A DNA stretch of 64,000 nucleotides from Candidatus Eiseniibacteriota bacterium (GCA_963717505.1 OY970342.1:2848001-2912000), one strand, 5' to 3'. Positions 1 through 10,719 are shown, numbered from the stretch's first letter. Numbers and translations: made by a program. The notes: generated by a model not told the origin, from the letters alone.

Positions 1-13
1 ACGAGGCCGAACC

Positions 14-451
14 ATGCGATCTCCGATTCTCGGGTTGATGCTGGCCGGGGCACTTGCCTCGTCGTGCGCCCGGGACGCGAAACCCCGAGGCCCGGATGCG
101 GCTCCCGGGGCGTTGCGAGTCACCACCGACTCCACGTTCGCTCGCGACGTCCTGGACCCTGGCGAGCCCGCGGTGGTGGAGTTCTGGGCGCACATGTGCA
201 TGCCGTGCTACCGGCTCGAGCCGCACTTGAAGAAGCTCAGCGCCCGGTACGCGGGACGGGTCACGTTCTGGAAGTTGAACGTGGGCTGGAATGCGAAGCC
301 GCGATATGTGTACGACTTCCACGCGGTGCCGACGATGATCTTCTACCGCGGGGGCCGCGAGGTCGCGCGCCAGGTGGGAATGCCCTCACCGGGGACGGAT
401 GAAGCCCTGGTTCGTTTCGTCGAGCAGGGACTCCAGACGTCGCTCGAGTGA
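14..451 (+). CDS. Thioredoxin-family lipoprotein
   Basis: Lipobox-like ALASSC; VVEFWAHMCMPC CxxC motif; VPTMIF cis-Pro motif; GAGG upstream. Confidence 0.85.
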   Translation: MRSPILGLMLAGALASSCARDAKPRGPDAAPGALRVTTDSTFARDVLDPGEPAVVEFWAHMCMPCYRLEPHLKKLSARYAGRVTFWKLNVGWNAKPRYVYDFHAVPTMIFYRGGREVARQVGMPSPGTDEALVRFVEQGLQTSLE

Positions 452-477
452 CGGCGATCAGCGCCTCGCTGGATCGG

Positions 478-1857
478 TCAGCGTCCGCCGGTATTGGCCG
501 ACGAAACGCCGAGGTCGACGTCGTCGACCCCGTCCAACCGAACCAGGTCCTTGTGGAGCGGCTGCCAGCCACCGGCCAGCGCCCCGAAGGTCAAATCCTC
601 GGTCGACGGCAGCTCCTCCATCATGACGAAGGCGGCGCCGGCGATCAGTCGGGCCAGCACGGCGCGGCTGTCGTCCGAGTTCTTGGCGCTGGTGCGTTTG
701 GCTTCGAGCACCTGGACCAGCGTGGTGCCCTCGCCGACCACTTCCTGCCACTTGGCCTCGATCTGCTTCGCCCGGGTCGGGTTCGAGGATCGAGTCTCTT
801 CGGTGACCAACGAATAGGTGTCGGGCGCGCCCTCGGGCATGTACGCGGTCCAGACCACGCGCGCCTTCATGGTGCGCGGCTCGGACCGGCGGGCGAGGGT
901 GGCGCCGTCCTTGGTCGCGATCACTTCGTACTCCATGTCGACCTTGACCGTGCGTATGCGGGCGACGACTTCGATCGGGACCTCGATCCAGCGCGTCGTC
1001 TTGGTGCCGTCTTCGTTGCGGTCGGTCACGCGACGCACGACGCGGTCGGTGAAGAAGTGAATGCCGGACTTGGAGTCGACTTCGCCGATTGTGCCCCAGA
1101 CGACCCGCTCTGCGCCGGCCTTGCGACCGAGGCGAATGGCGTCGTCGCGGCTCATGCGGTCGAGGTCGGCGACCCGCATCGCGCGCTCGACGTCCTCCAC
1201 CGGCAGGATCCGCGTGAAGTAGGCGCCGGGGTCGGCCATGCGCTCGACCACCTCCCCGCGCCACGACGCTGCGACGTCGCGCCCCATGCGGGCGCTGCCC
1301 GAGGTCGAACGCAGGGGCAGGATGGCGACCCGGGTCAGGGCCTGTTCCAGCGCCCGGTCGGCGAGTGAAGCGGCGTCTCGATAGTTGGGGGAGAACTCTT
1401 CGGCGCGCACGAAGTAGCGATAGGCGCTCTTCGGCCGGTGCGACTTGAGGTCGGTCGTGCCGCGCGCGTAGCACGCGCGCGCCGCGCCGTCTCTCAGCGT
1501 GCGCTCCTCGCGCACCCAGCCGGGATCGACCTGGACGGTCGTGTAGCGCACCGCGCCGGCGCGGAACGCGACGAACTCCATGACCTGTTCGGCCGCCTCG
1601 AGCGAGTCGACCATCGCCATGCCGCGAATGCGGCGTTGCCAGTCGGACGCGATGGCGGTGGCGGCGGCACCCGCGGCTGCGCGCGCTTCGGCGTTGCCCG
1701 GCGCCTTGTCGAGCGCCTTGGTGGCCAGCGTCCACGCTCGCCACAGGTCGCCCTTGGCCAGCTTGTCTTCGCTCTGACGTGCGAGCTTCGAGGGCCCCGC
1801 ACAACCGAGCACCATCACCATGGCGACGAGAACCAGCAAGATCGAAGTGCGACGCAT
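478..1857 (-). CDS. Hypothetical lipoprotein with TPR-like N-terminus and CsgG/TolB_N-like domain
   Basis: Internal ATG of ORF 478..3276 with AGGGAGG SD; MRRTSILLVLVAMVMVLGC lipoprotein signal; RVAILPL...AIRLGRKAGAERVVWGTI pattern. Confidence 0.7.
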   Translation of the reverse strand: MRRTSILLVLVAMVMVLGCAGPSKLARQSEDKLAKGDLWRAWTLATKALDKAPGNAEARAAAGAAATAIASDWQRRIRGMAMVDSLEAAEQVMEFVAFRAGAVRYTTVQVDPGWVREERTLRDGAARACYARGTTDLKSHRPKSAYRYFVRAEEFSPNYRDAASLADRALEQALTRVAILPLRSTSGSARMGRDVAASWRGEVVERMADPGAYFTRILPVEDVERAMRVADLDRMSRDDAIRLGRKAGAERVVWGTIGEVDSKSGIHFFTDRVVRRVTDRNEDGTKTTRWIEVPIEVVARIRTVKVDMEYEVIATKDGATLARRSEPRTMKARVVWTAYMPEGAPDTYSLVTEETRSSNPTRAKQIEAKWQEVVGEGTTLVQVLEAKRTSAKNSDDSRAVLARLIAGAAFVMMEELPSTEDLTFGALAGGWQPLHKDLVRLDGVDDVDLGVSSANTGGR

Positions 1858-1926
1858 GATCGGCCTCCCTTTCGGCCGGTTATCGGCGGGCCCCGGGTCG
1901 GACTCCATCTCTGCTAGGGTCCCCTG

Positions 1927-3171
1927 GTGGACGTCGCGGCGACGTTTCAGACCCTCGGGATTTCCCTGGGGCTCGGGCTGCTGGTCGGGATCCAGCGCGA
2001 GCGCGTGGATGCTCCGCTTGCTGGGGTCCGGACCTTTGCGCTGATCACCCTCCTGGGCACCCTCTCGGGGATGCTGGTCCCGGCGGTCGGGCCCTGGATC
2101 GTCGCCGCCGGGGCCCTCGGGGTCGCGATCGCCACCGCTACCGGCAACCTGCTGTTCCTCAAGCACGAACGACCGGACACCGGGATCACCACCGAGATCG
2201 CAATCCTGCTGATGTACGTGCTGGGGGCGTATCTCGTGTTCGGCCATCGCCAGGTCGCGGTCGTGATCGGCGCGGGCGTCGCCGTGCTCCTCCACGCCAA
2301 GCCGGTCATGCACGGGTTCGTCAAGCGCCTGGGCGAGACCGACATGCGCGTCATGATGCAGTTCGTGCTCATCACGCTGGTCATCTTGCCGGTGCTGCCC
2401 AACGAGACATTCGGACCCCTGGGCGTGCTCAATCCGCGCGAGATCTGGTGGATGGTGGTGCTGGTCGTGGGGCTGAGCCTCACCGGCTACATCGCGCTCA
2501 AGCTCTACGGCCAGCGAGCCGGCGTGCTGCTGGCGGGTGTGATCGGAGGCGTGGTGTCGTCGACCGCGACCACCGTGAGCTACGCGCGGCGGACCTCGGG
2601 CACCGAAGGCCAGGTCGCGGCTGCGGCCCTGGTGATCATGCTGGCGGCGACCGTGGTCTACGTGCGCGTCCTGATCGAAATCTCGATCACGGCCGGGTCG
2701 AGATTCGCGGGCATGGCGCCGCCGGTCTCGATCCTGTTGCTGGTGTCGACCGGGCTGTGCGCGATGCTGTGGTGGCGGACCCGGCGCGTCCACGTCGAGA
2801 TGCCGCAGCTCGAAAACCCGACCGAACTCAAACCCGCGATCGTGTTCGGCGTGCTGTATGCGGTGGTCCTGATCGCCGTCGCCGCCGCGCAGAACTACTT
2901 CGGTCACCGCGGGGTCTATCTGGCGGCGGGGATTTCCGGCCTCACCGACATGGATGCGATCACGCTGAGCACCTCGCGCCTCGCGGCGCGCGACGCCCTG
3001 CCGGCCGGGGTCGCGTGGCGTGCGATCGTCCTTGCCGCGCTTAGCAACCTGGTGTTCAAGGCCGGCGTGGTACTCGCGCTCGGCGGACCGGCGCTCGGCC
3101 GGCGGGTCGGCGCGCTGTTCGCGGTCAAAATCGCGGTCGGATTCCTGCTCGTCGGGCTGTGGCCGAGTTGA
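1927..3171 (+). CDS. MgtC/SapB-family membrane protein with DUF4010 domain
   Basis: GLLVGIQRE, AGVRTFALI, GITTE, GGVVSSTATT and GLTDMDAIT motifs; many TM helices. Confidence 0.9.
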   Translation: MDVAATFQTLGISLGLGLLVGIQRERVDAPLAGVRTFALITLLGTLSGMLVPAVGPWIVAAGALGVAIATATGNLLFLKHERPDTGITTEIAILLMYVLGAYLVFGHRQVAVVIGAGVAVLLHAKPVMHGFVKRLGETDMRVMMQFVLITLVILPVLPNETFGPLGVLNPREIWWMVVLVVGLSLTGYIALKLYGQRAGVLLAGVIGGVVSSTATTVSYARRTSGTEGQVAAAALVIMLAATVVYVRVLIEISITAGSRFAGMAPPVSILLLVSTGLCAMLWWRTRRVHVEMPQLENPTELKPAIVFGVLYAVVLIAVAAAQNYFGHRGVYLAAGISGLTDMDAITLSTSRLAARDALPAGVAWRAIVLAALSNLVFKAGVVLALGGPALGRRVGALFAVKIAVGFLLVGLWPS

Positions 3172-3184
3172 GTCGTCGCGGCTC

Positions 3185-4294
3185 CTACGACGGAGCCCCC
3201 GGGAGCCAGCGCGAAGCCGAGAGGCACGAGAGAAAAACGATGAACTGAAGCGTGACCGCCGCGAGCACCACGCCACGCCCGCCCAGCCGGTTGGCGCCCG
3301 GCAGCGCCGACAGATGGCGGGTCACGCGGTGAATCGAAATCGGGCCGAGGATCGAGAGCATGACCACACTGGGCATCAGGACCCAGCTGCCGATCTCCGT
3401 GCTCTGCGTCGACAGCAGTCCGAGGACCAGGGTGGCGGCGCCCATCCACATCCAGAGGCCACCTTTTCCACGCCAAGGCTGGGTCGGCAGCGCGAGGGTC
3501 AGCACAGCCGCCAGCGTCAGCACGCCCAGCTTCCCGAGCAGGTGGTCGCCGATGTAATGGAGGAGCGAGGCGCCGTTGAAACTCAGCGTGCGCAGCGGAG
3601 CTTCCCACGCATTCAGGTTCAGCGATGGCCCGACGGCGCTCAGCAGGGCGAAGTAGCCGCCGCCGACCATGGCGACCAAAGCCCCGGCAAACGGCAGAAG
3701 CCGGTTGCGATCGTCGAGGGCGGTGGCGAATACCGCCCCGGCGATGAACCAGACCGCGTGCGGTCCACTGAAGAATGCGAAGCTGAACAACAGAGCCGAA
3801 GCCAGTGCCCCAAAGAAGCCGAACGTCACCCGCAGCACGTAGAAGGCGAGCAAGGACATCAGCAGCATCGTGGACTCGGGGCGAACGAACCCCGGGGGTT
3901 CGACCAGCAGCCCGAACCCGAGAAACACGAACCCCGCGCTCGCGGCAGCCAGCGTCCAGCTCTCGGTTTCGCGCCGGACGCTGAGCAGCACCAGGCCTGC
4001 GATCAACAACGTGGTGATCACGGTCAGGGTTCTCGGAATCCAGAGTCCGGCGCCGAACAGGCCCACCGCCGGCGAGATCGCGATGGGGACGCCCGGCATC
4101 ATCGAGGGCACAGGCGGAACGCGCTCGAGGTAGAGGGGCTGGCCATGCGCGAATCGATCCGCGTGCTCGAGCACCGACAGCTCGACCGGGTTCAGGGCGA
4201 CGATCATCATGTAGCGCGCGGTCACGTAGGCAAAGGTCAGAAGCCCCAGCGCCGAGAGCGTGAAGATCAGTCTACGGAGGATGCGAAGAGCCAT
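3185..4294 (-). CDS. Polytopic membrane protein (GT-C/ArnT-like, uncertain)
   Basis: 369 aa hydrophobic ORF; E...GQPLY loop and RPE motif reminiscent of GT-C proteins; AAGGA upstream. Confidence 0.6.
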   Translation of the reverse strand: MALRILRRLIFTLSALGLLTFAYVTARYMMIVALNPVELSVLEHADRFAHGQPLYLERVPPVPSMMPGVPIAISPAVGLFGAGLWIPRTLTVITTLLIAGLVLLSVRRETESWTLAAASAGFVFLGFGLLVEPPGFVRPESTMLLMSLLAFYVLRVTFGFFGALASALLFSFAFFSGPHAVWFIAGAVFATALDDRNRLLPFAGALVAMVGGGYFALLSAVGPSLNLNAWEAPLRTLSFNGASLLHYIGDHLLGKLGVLTLAAVLTLALPTQPWRGKGGLWMWMGAATLVLGLLSTQSTEIGSWVLMPSVVMLSILGPISIHRVTRHLSALPGANRLGGRGVVLAAVTLQFIVFLSCLSASRWLPGAPS

Positions 4295-4588
4295 CGTGCG
4301 TCCTTGGGATCGGGGTGGCGATGCCTCAAGTCCGTGGGTGCGACGCGGCCCATCGGTTATCGGCGGAGTCGCGGACGCGTACAGACGCGCGCCCCCGACT
4401 CACCAGGAATCCCTCCCCGGAGCGCACGGAGGCGGCAGAACGCGGCGCGGAATGCACGATGACGCGCATTCGGGCGTGCGGAACTCCGGAACGCGGTTCG
4501 CCGCTGCCGCCAATCGCAATGCTGCCGTCGCCGGCCCCAGGCCGGCTCCCCGTTGCGGTCGCGCGGCGCCGGCTGGCATTGTGCGCCG

Positions 4589-5944
4589 ATGGACCGCGCC
4601 GTGACGCCAGGTGTCGAAGGCCGCGCGACCTCGGCGTCGTCGCCGGGTCTGGTCCGCGGCGTCGGTTTGCTCGCCATGATCGCATTGATGATCAATGCCG
4701 TCATCGGCGCCGGAATCTTCGGACTCCCTTCGCGCGTCCACGCGATTGCGGGACCTTACGGGCTGCTCGCGTTCCTCGGGTGCGGCCTGGTGATCGCGCT
4801 CATTGGTCTGTGCTTCGCTGAAGTCACGAGCCGATTCAGCGAGACCGGCGGGCCCTACCTCTACACGCGGCGCGCATTCGGGCCGGTTCCCGCCTTCGCG
4901 ATCGGCTGGCTCATGTGGGTCACCCGAGTCACGGCGGTCGCCGCGATCGCGAACGTCATGATCAACTACCTCGCCGGCTTCTGGCCCGCGGGCGGCGATG
5001 GAATGGGTCGCACGCTCGTGATCGTCGCCGCCGTGCTGGCGCTGACCGCAATCATCGCCTCGGGCGTGCGCCAGTCCGCGGGTGCGGCCATGGCGTTCAC
5101 GGTCGCCAAGCTCATTCCCCTGTTCCTGTTCGTCGGGCTGGGATTGTTCGCCCTCGACGTCGAACGCTTTTCGGCTGGGACCCCTCCCGGCCCGGGCGCG
5201 TTTGGCGAGGCCGTCCTGTTGCTGGTGTTTGCGTTCGGCGGCTTCGAGGGGACGGTGGTGCTCGCCGGCGAGTCGAAGAACCCTCGGCGCGATCTGCCGC
5301 TGGCATTGTTCGCCTCGCTGACCGTGATCACCGTGCTCTACGTGCTCATCCAGGTGGTGTGCGTCGGCACGCTGCCCGGACTGGCGGAGTCGTCCCGGCC
5401 GATCGCGGACGCCAGCGCACGGTTCATGGGCGTGGCCGGCGCGGCGATGGTCACGCTCGGCGCTCTGATCTCGACCAGCGGAACCATGTTCGGCGCGATG
5501 CTCTCCGGCCCGCGCGTTCTGTACGCGATGGCGGAGCAGGGCCAGCTGCCGCCGTGGTTCGCAACCACGCACCCCCACACCAAGACGCCGCTGGTCGCGA
5601 TCGCGCTGACCTCGCTCGCGTCTCTGCTGCTCGCGACCTCGGGGACCTTTGCCGGGCTGGCCAACCTGAGTGCGATCACTCGGGTGTTGATCTACGTGGG
5701 CACCGCCGGCGCGTTGATTGCTCTCCGTCGGCGTGCCGGCGAGGCACCGGCGCAGGTGCGCCTTCCGGGCGGGGACGCCATCGCGGTCCTGGCGATCGTG
5801 GCCTGCGGGTGGTTGCTGACCCGAACCAAAGTCCGCGAGCTGCGGGACGTCGCGATCGCCGTAGGCGTCGGACTGGCGCTCTACGCCGTCCAGCGCGTCC
5901 TGGTGCGGCGGAAGGGGAACCTCGGTCCCGTGGAGGGGCAATGA
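4589..5944 (+). CDS. APC-family amino acid permease
   Basis: INAVIGAGIFGLP, GGPYLY, FAFGGFE, GESKNPRRDLP and PRVLYAMA motifs; about 12 TM. Confidence 0.92.
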   Translation: MDRAVTPGVEGRATSASSPGLVRGVGLLAMIALMINAVIGAGIFGLPSRVHAIAGPYGLLAFLGCGLVIALIGLCFAEVTSRFSETGGPYLYTRRAFGPVPAFAIGWLMWVTRVTAVAAIANVMINYLAGFWPAGGDGMGRTLVIVAAVLALTAIIASGVRQSAGAAMAFTVAKLIPLFLFVGLGLFALDVERFSAGTPPGPGAFGEAVLLLVFAFGGFEGTVVLAGESKNPRRDLPLALFASLTVITVLYVLIQVVCVGTLPGLAESSRPIADASARFMGVAGAAMVTLGALISTSGTMFGAMLSGPRVLYAMAEQGQLPPWFATTHPHTKTPLVAIALTSLASLLLATSGTFAGLANLSAITRVLIYVGTAGALIALRRRAGEAPAQVRLPGGDAIAVLAIVACGWLLTRTKVRELRDVAIAVGVGLALYAVQRVLVRRKGNLGPVEGQ

Positions 5945-7695
5945 CCCTGACGTTGCTCGCGCTCGGCGTGCTCGCCGCACTCGCGGCCGGCTACTTCGTC
6001 TACGGTTCGTTCGTCGCGCGGCAGTTCCAGCTCGACGACGCCCGCAGCACGCCGGCGGTCGAGCGCAACGATGGCGTCGATTTCGTTCCGACGCGCCCCT
6101 TCTACCTGATGGGCCAACACTTCTCGGCGATCGCCGCCGCCGGCCCGATCGTCGGCCCGATCGCCGCGTGCATGGCGTTCGGCTGGTTGCCGTGCTTGCT
6201 CTGGATCGGGCTCGGCGTCGTGTTCATCGGCGCGGTCCACGACTTCGCGGCACTGGTCGCCTCGATTCGCCACGGCGCACATTCGATCGCCGAGGTCGCC
6301 AAGCAGAACATCGGCACGCGTGGCTATCTGGCGCTGGTCGCGTTCATCTGGCTGGCGCTGATCTACGTCATCGTCGCGTTCACCGACGTGACCGCCGCCG
6401 GATTCCTGGGCAACGATCCCGAGCTGCAGGCGATCCGGGCCGACTTCAATCGCGGGGGTGCGGTGGCCATGGCGAGCACGCTCTACCTGGCCCTGGCGCT
6501 GCTCCTCGGGCTCGTTCAGTGGCGGCTCAAGCCGCCGATGTGGCTGGTGACGCTGGTCTTCGTTCCCGCGACCCTCGGCATGGTCTGGCTCGGCACCCAG
6601 TGGTCGGGGGTGCTGCTGTTCGACGCCCGCACCTGGTATTTCGCGATCCTGCTCTACTGCTTCGTGGCTTCGATGCTGCCGCTCTGGTTGCTCCAGCAGT
6701 CACGCGGGTTCCTGGGCGGCTTCGTGCTCTACCTGTCGCTCGCCCTGGGCGTGGCGGGCCTCTTGTTCGGGGGCTTCGAGATCCAGCAGCCGATGGTCCG
6801 TCACGTCGACACCAATATCCTGTCATGGTTCGGCGCGGGCACGGAAAAGGACATGGGCGTTCTCCTGTTCCCGTTCCTGTTCGTGACGATCGCGTGCGGA
6901 GCGTGCTCGGGATTCCACGGCCTGGTATGCGGGGGCACCACCTCGCGCCAGATCGCGAAGGAATCCCACTGCAAGCCGATCGCCTTCGGATCCATGCTGC
7001 TCGAGGGTTTCGTCGCCGTGATCGCGCTCGCGACCATCATGATCGTGGCGCCGAGTGCTGCGGGTGAGAACCGCGCGCCGGGGGTGATCTACGGTGAAGG
7101 CCTGGCGCGGTTCATGACGACGCTGTTCGGCGACCGGCATCTGATCTTCGCCAAGACGTTCGGCACCATGGTCATGGCGACATTCGTGTTCGACACGCTC
7201 GACGTTTCGACCCGGCTCGGCCGCTACCTGTTGCAGGAACTGACCGGACGCAAGGGCCGGATCGCCAGCGTGGTGGCCGCGGCGGTCACCGCCGGGGTTC
7301 CACTGGCGATCCTGCTCGGAGCCGAGCCCGGGAGCTGGCGCAAGTTCTGGACGTTGTTCGGGACCAGCAATCAGCTGCTCGCCGCGCTGACGTTGCTGGG
7401 GATCACCGTTTGGCTCGCGCGCAACGGCCGGCGCTACGCCTATGTGGCGCTGCCGATGGTGTTCGTCATGGTCATCACCCTGACCGCACTGGTCGTCCAG
7501 ATCCTGGGGGCGGCGCGCACCATCGCCACGAGCGGATGGCGTCTCGACGCGACGGCATTCAATGCGATCACGAGCGTCGCCCTGTTGGTCCTGGCCCTGG
7601 TGTTCATCGTCGAGGCGCTGCGTGCCGGGCGGCGGCCCGGTCCGGCCGAGCCGCGATCCGAGCCGAGACGGGTTCTACTCGCCGCCGATCCGTAG
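5941..7695 (+). CDS. cstA: Carbon starvation protein A (peptide/pyruvate transporter)
   Basis: DGVDFVPT, GQHFSAIAAAGPIVGP, GAVHDF, TIACGACSGFH and FGTSNQLLA motifs; ATGA overlap with the permease stop. Confidence 0.93.
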   Translation: MTLTLLALGVLAALAAGYFVYGSFVARQFQLDDARSTPAVERNDGVDFVPTRPFYLMGQHFSAIAAAGPIVGPIAACMAFGWLPCLLWIGLGVVFIGAVHDFAALVASIRHGAHSIAEVAKQNIGTRGYLALVAFIWLALIYVIVAFTDVTAAGFLGNDPELQAIRADFNRGGAVAMASTLYLALALLLGLVQWRLKPPMWLVTLVFVPATLGMVWLGTQWSGVLLFDARTWYFAILLYCFVASMLPLWLLQQSRGFLGGFVLYLSLALGVAGLLFGGFEIQQPMVRHVDTNILSWFGAGTEKDMGVLLFPFLFVTIACGACSGFHGLVCGGTTSRQIAKESHCKPIAFGSMLLEGFVAVIALATIMIVAPSAAGENRAPGVIYGEGLARFMTTLFGDRHLIFAKTFGTMVMATFVFDTLDVSTRLGRYLLQELTGRKGRIASVVAAAVTAGVPLAILLGAEPGSWRKFWTLFGTSNQLLAALTLLGITVWLARNGRRYAYVALPMVFVMVITLTALVVQILGAARTIATSGWRLDATAFNAITSVALLVLALVFIVEALRAGRRPGPAEPRSEPRRVLLAADP

Positions 7696-10044
7696 TGCCA
7701 GAGCTTGGAACCGTGGGTCGTTCCGAAGGGACGCGAGCCGCGGATCGATCGAGAGGTAGGCGAGCACCGTCGAACGCTCCTCGTAGGAGCGCTCGAGGTA
7801 GCGCAGCGCCTGGTCGCGTTCCCCGAGTCCAGCGTGCACCAACGCGAAGTAGTAGGCCGAGACGTAGCTGTGGGCTTCGGCGTCGTGAAGTGCGCGAAGG
7901 ACATCCCGCGCCTCGACCGACCGACCCGCCATTCCATAGACATGGCCGAGTGAGGACTTGCGATTCAGACTCACGCGGCTGATCGGCTCCAGGATCCTGA
8001 TGGCGTCGTCGAGGCGACCCTGTTGCTCGGCCACCAGGGCCAGCCCCCATTGGGCCAGGACGTCCGTGGAGTCGACTTCGAGGACCTCGCGCAAACCGCT
8101 GTCGGCTTGGTCATAGTGGCCTGCGAAATAGTCGAGCAGGGCGCGGTTCGCATGCAGCAGCAGCGAAAGCGGGTCCAGCTCGACGGCGTGACCGAGCTGC
8201 GCGACGGCTTCGTCGAACCGGCGGCGTGACGCGAGGAAGCGGCTGTACGAGAAGTACGCGTCCGCATAGTTGGGTCGCAGCTCGAGGGCGCGCCGGAATT
8301 CCCGTTCGGCGGCACGGTAGTCCCAATCATAGTAGGCCCGGATGTAGGCGTTGGCGGCGTGCGCCTCGGCAAGCGTCTCGTCGAGTTCGAGGGCAAGAGC
8401 CAGAGACGCGCGGGCCTTGGGCAGCACCATGGCCGGCGATACGTCCTTGGCGAACGGAAGCGAGGTGTAGTAGTTGGCCAGGCCGACATGGGGCGGCGCC
8501 CAACCCGGCGCGATCTTGCCCGCCTGCTCGAACTGCATCCGAGCGGGCTCCAGTTCGTCGTGCTCGAGGTGGAACCGACCGCGGAGGTAGGCCTCGTAGG
8601 CGCGAGGATCGACCACCCGCGTCGCGTCGAGTCGGCTCTTCTCCTCGCCCTTGAGCTTCGTTCGGGTCGACTGGGTGATTCCGAGAGTGATCTCTCGCTG
8701 CAGCTCGGGCAACTCGCCCAAACGACGCCGGTAGTCCTTCGCAAACACGGTGGCACTGTCGGGGGCGTGAAGGAGTCTCACGCTCACCCATACCGAGTCG
8801 CCCATCCTCCCGATCGAGCCACGAACCACGCCCTTGACTCCGAGCTCGCGAGCCAGCTCGGCGAGAGATCGGGTCGGACCTTGAGCGGCCGCTCCGGCCG
8901 AGCGCGAGAGCACTCTGAGCGAGGAGATCTGAGCCAGATCGGCGATCAGCCCCTCGGTCATGCCGACGCCGAGGAACGAGCCCGTGGAATCGCTCGTCAG
9001 GTCCTCGAACGGGAGCACGGCGATCGCCGTGATTCCGCCGGACACGGCGCGAGTCGGTCCCAAAGGACGCCCCGCGACGATCCACCACGCCACCGCGCTC
9101 AGAACGCCGGCGGCGAGCGCTATCGTTGCTCCACGACCCCAACGCATTGAGTGCGGGCTCGGCGTTGCAGTGGGCGTTGCGAGGTGGACCGGCGAGGTCT
9201 CCGGTAAGTCGATCGCATCGAGGAATCCCCGCATCGAGTCGAAGCGGTCGACCGGGAGTTTGGCCATGGCTCGAAGGATCGTGTTCTCCACCGTGGTGGG
9301 CACCGCGGGACGCACGATTCGCAGGCCAGGGACGGAATCGTGCGAATGACGAGCGAGAATCATGACCGGAGTCGTCCCGGAAAACGGGGGCTGTCCGATC
9401 AGCATCTCGTACAGCACGCACGCGAGACTGTACTGATCGCTTCGACCATCGACCGCAGTGCTGCCGGCCTGCTCGGGGCTCATGTATTGCGGGGTGCCGA
9501 CGTACATGCCACTGACGGTGATCTGATCGGCGCCGGCGGCATCCACCGCTCGCGCGATCCCGAAATCGGCGACGACGGCGTGGCCGCCGGTGAGCATGAT
9601 GTTGTCCGGCTTGATGTCGCGATGAATGACGCCGTGTTCGTGGGCATAGCCCAGGGCGCTGCCGACCTCACGAACGATCTGGAGCGCGGTTTCGAGTGGC
9701 AGCTGGGGCTCGCGTGCCAGACGCTCGCGGAGGGACTCGCCCTCGACGAACGGCATCACGTAGTAGAGCAAGCCGTCGGCCTGACCCGAGTCGTACAAGG
9801 GAAGAATGTGGGGATGCTGGAGGGTCGCGGCGATCGAGATCTCGCGGAGGAACCGGTCGCTACCCACGACCGCCGCGAGTTCCGGCTTGAGCACCTTGAT
9901 GGCGACCCGCCGCTGGTGCTTGAGATCCTCGGCGAGAAAGACGATGGCCATCCCGCCGTGGCCTAGCTCCCGCTCGACGCGATAGCGGTCGCCGAGTGCG
10001 GATTTGAGTCGATCGAAGAGTTCGGCCTGACCGGAGTAGGTCAT
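7675..10044 (-). CDS. Hanks-type Ser/Thr kinase with TM, TolB_N-like and TPR domains
   Basis: LGHGGMA, VAIK, HRDIKPDN, DFG, GTPQYMSPEQ; TM segment; IAVLPFEDL; TPR repeats. Confidence 0.93.
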   Translation of the reverse strand: MTYSGQAELFDRLKSALGDRYRVERELGHGGMAIVFLAEDLKHQRRVAIKVLKPELAAVVGSDRFLREISIAATLQHPHILPLYDSGQADGLLYYVMPFVEGESLRERLAREPQLPLETALQIVREVGSALGYAHEHGVIHRDIKPDNIMLTGGHAVVADFGIARAVDAAGADQITVSGMYVGTPQYMSPEQAGSTAVDGRSDQYSLACVLYEMLIGQPPFSGTTPVMILARHSHDSVPGLRIVRPAVPTTVENTILRAMAKLPVDRFDSMRGFLDAIDLPETSPVHLATPTATPSPHSMRWGRGATIALAAGVLSAVAWWIVAGRPLGPTRAVSGGITAIAVLPFEDLTSDSTGSFLGVGMTEGLIADLAQISSLRVLSRSAGAAAQGPTRSLAELARELGVKGVVRGSIGRMGDSVWVSVRLLHAPDSATVFAKDYRRRLGELPELQREITLGITQSTRTKLKGEEKSRLDATRVVDPRAYEAYLRGRFHLEHDELEPARMQFEQAGKIAPGWAPPHVGLANYYTSLPFAKDVSPAMVLPKARASLALALELDETLAEAHAANAYIRAYYDWDYRAAEREFRRALELRPNYADAYFSYSRFLASRRRFDEAVAQLGHAVELDPLSLLLHANRALLDYFAGHYDQADSGLREVLEVDSTDVLAQWGLALVAEQQGRLDDAIRILEPISRVSLNRKSSLGHVYGMAGRSVEARDVLRALHDAEAHSYVSAYYFALVHAGLGERDQALRYLERSYEERSTVLAYLSIDPRLASLRNDPRFQALALRIGGE

Positions 10045-10131
10045 CTGGAGACCATGATCGCGTGCCTGAAGGGCTGGTCGCAACCGATCGGAAGTGGCGC
10101 GCTCCGGGCGCGCCGCGAACCCACCTCGGGG

Positions 10132-10719
10132 CTAACGCAGGGACAGAGCCGCCTCGGTGATCCACGACAGCGTCTGTCGAGCGTCGCCGTAGCCGCGCAT
10201 GCTCACGTGCTGGCCGCTGGCCGGCGAGTAGACGACCAGGGTTGGAAAGGCCTCGACGCTGTAGCGTCGCTGGAGATCCTCGACTTCGGAGGAGTTGCGT
10301 CCTTCTTCGCGCCGGCGATCGACGATCGAAACCGGGATGACCGCCGTTTGCACCGATCGCCCGAGCGTGGGGTGGTCGAACAACTCGCGCTTGAGACTCC
10401 GGCAGGGACCGCACCACTCGGCGTTGAAGTCGATGAGCACCGGTTTGCCGTTCTCGCGCGATTCGGCGACCGCGCGCTCCATGGTGGTCCACTGCGACAC
10501 GACCTCACGGGCCTTCGCGGGCTCGGGCGCAGGTGCTGGGCGCGGGGGGGCAACCTGACTCGGGGGCGGTTCGCCCGGGTGCTCGGGATTGACGATCGCT
10601 GGCTTGGGGTTGGTGGGTGCCGGGGAATCCGAAACCTCGGCCTGGCCAATGAACCATCCCGCCGCGGGTGCCGCGACGAGAAGCAACAGGAGCAGGCCGT
10701 GCCAGGCGTTGAGTCGCAT
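10132..10719 (-). CDS. Membrane-anchored thioredoxin-family protein
   Basis: N-terminal hydrophobic anchor, Pro-rich linker, KPVLIDFNAEWCGPC, FPT. Confidence 0.88.
   Translation of the reverse strand: MRLNAWHGLLLLLLVAAPAAGWFIGQAEVSDSPAPTNPKPAIVNPEHPGEPPPSQVAPPRPAPAPEPAKAREVVSQWTTMERAVAESRENGKPVLIDFNAEWCGPCRSLKRELFDHPTLGRSVQTAVIPVSIVDRRREEGRNSSEVEDLQRRYSVEAFPTLVVYSPASGQHVSMRGYGDARQTLSWITEAALSLR

Noticed and set aside
448-4462. Long alternative-frame ORFs (e.g. 448..1368, 458..1804, 3020..4462, 15649..17607, 10589..12379)
   Set aside because: Arg/Gly/Pro-rich shadow ORFs overlapping well-supported genes, as expected in high-GC DNA.
4915-7695. Apparent fusions or N-terminal extensions in the ORF track (926-aa CstA, 932-aa lipoprotein, 418-aa rhodanese, 417-aa ExbD)
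   Set aside because: The extensions are off-frame readings of neighbouring genes; internal starts with SD or coupled stop-starts fit better.
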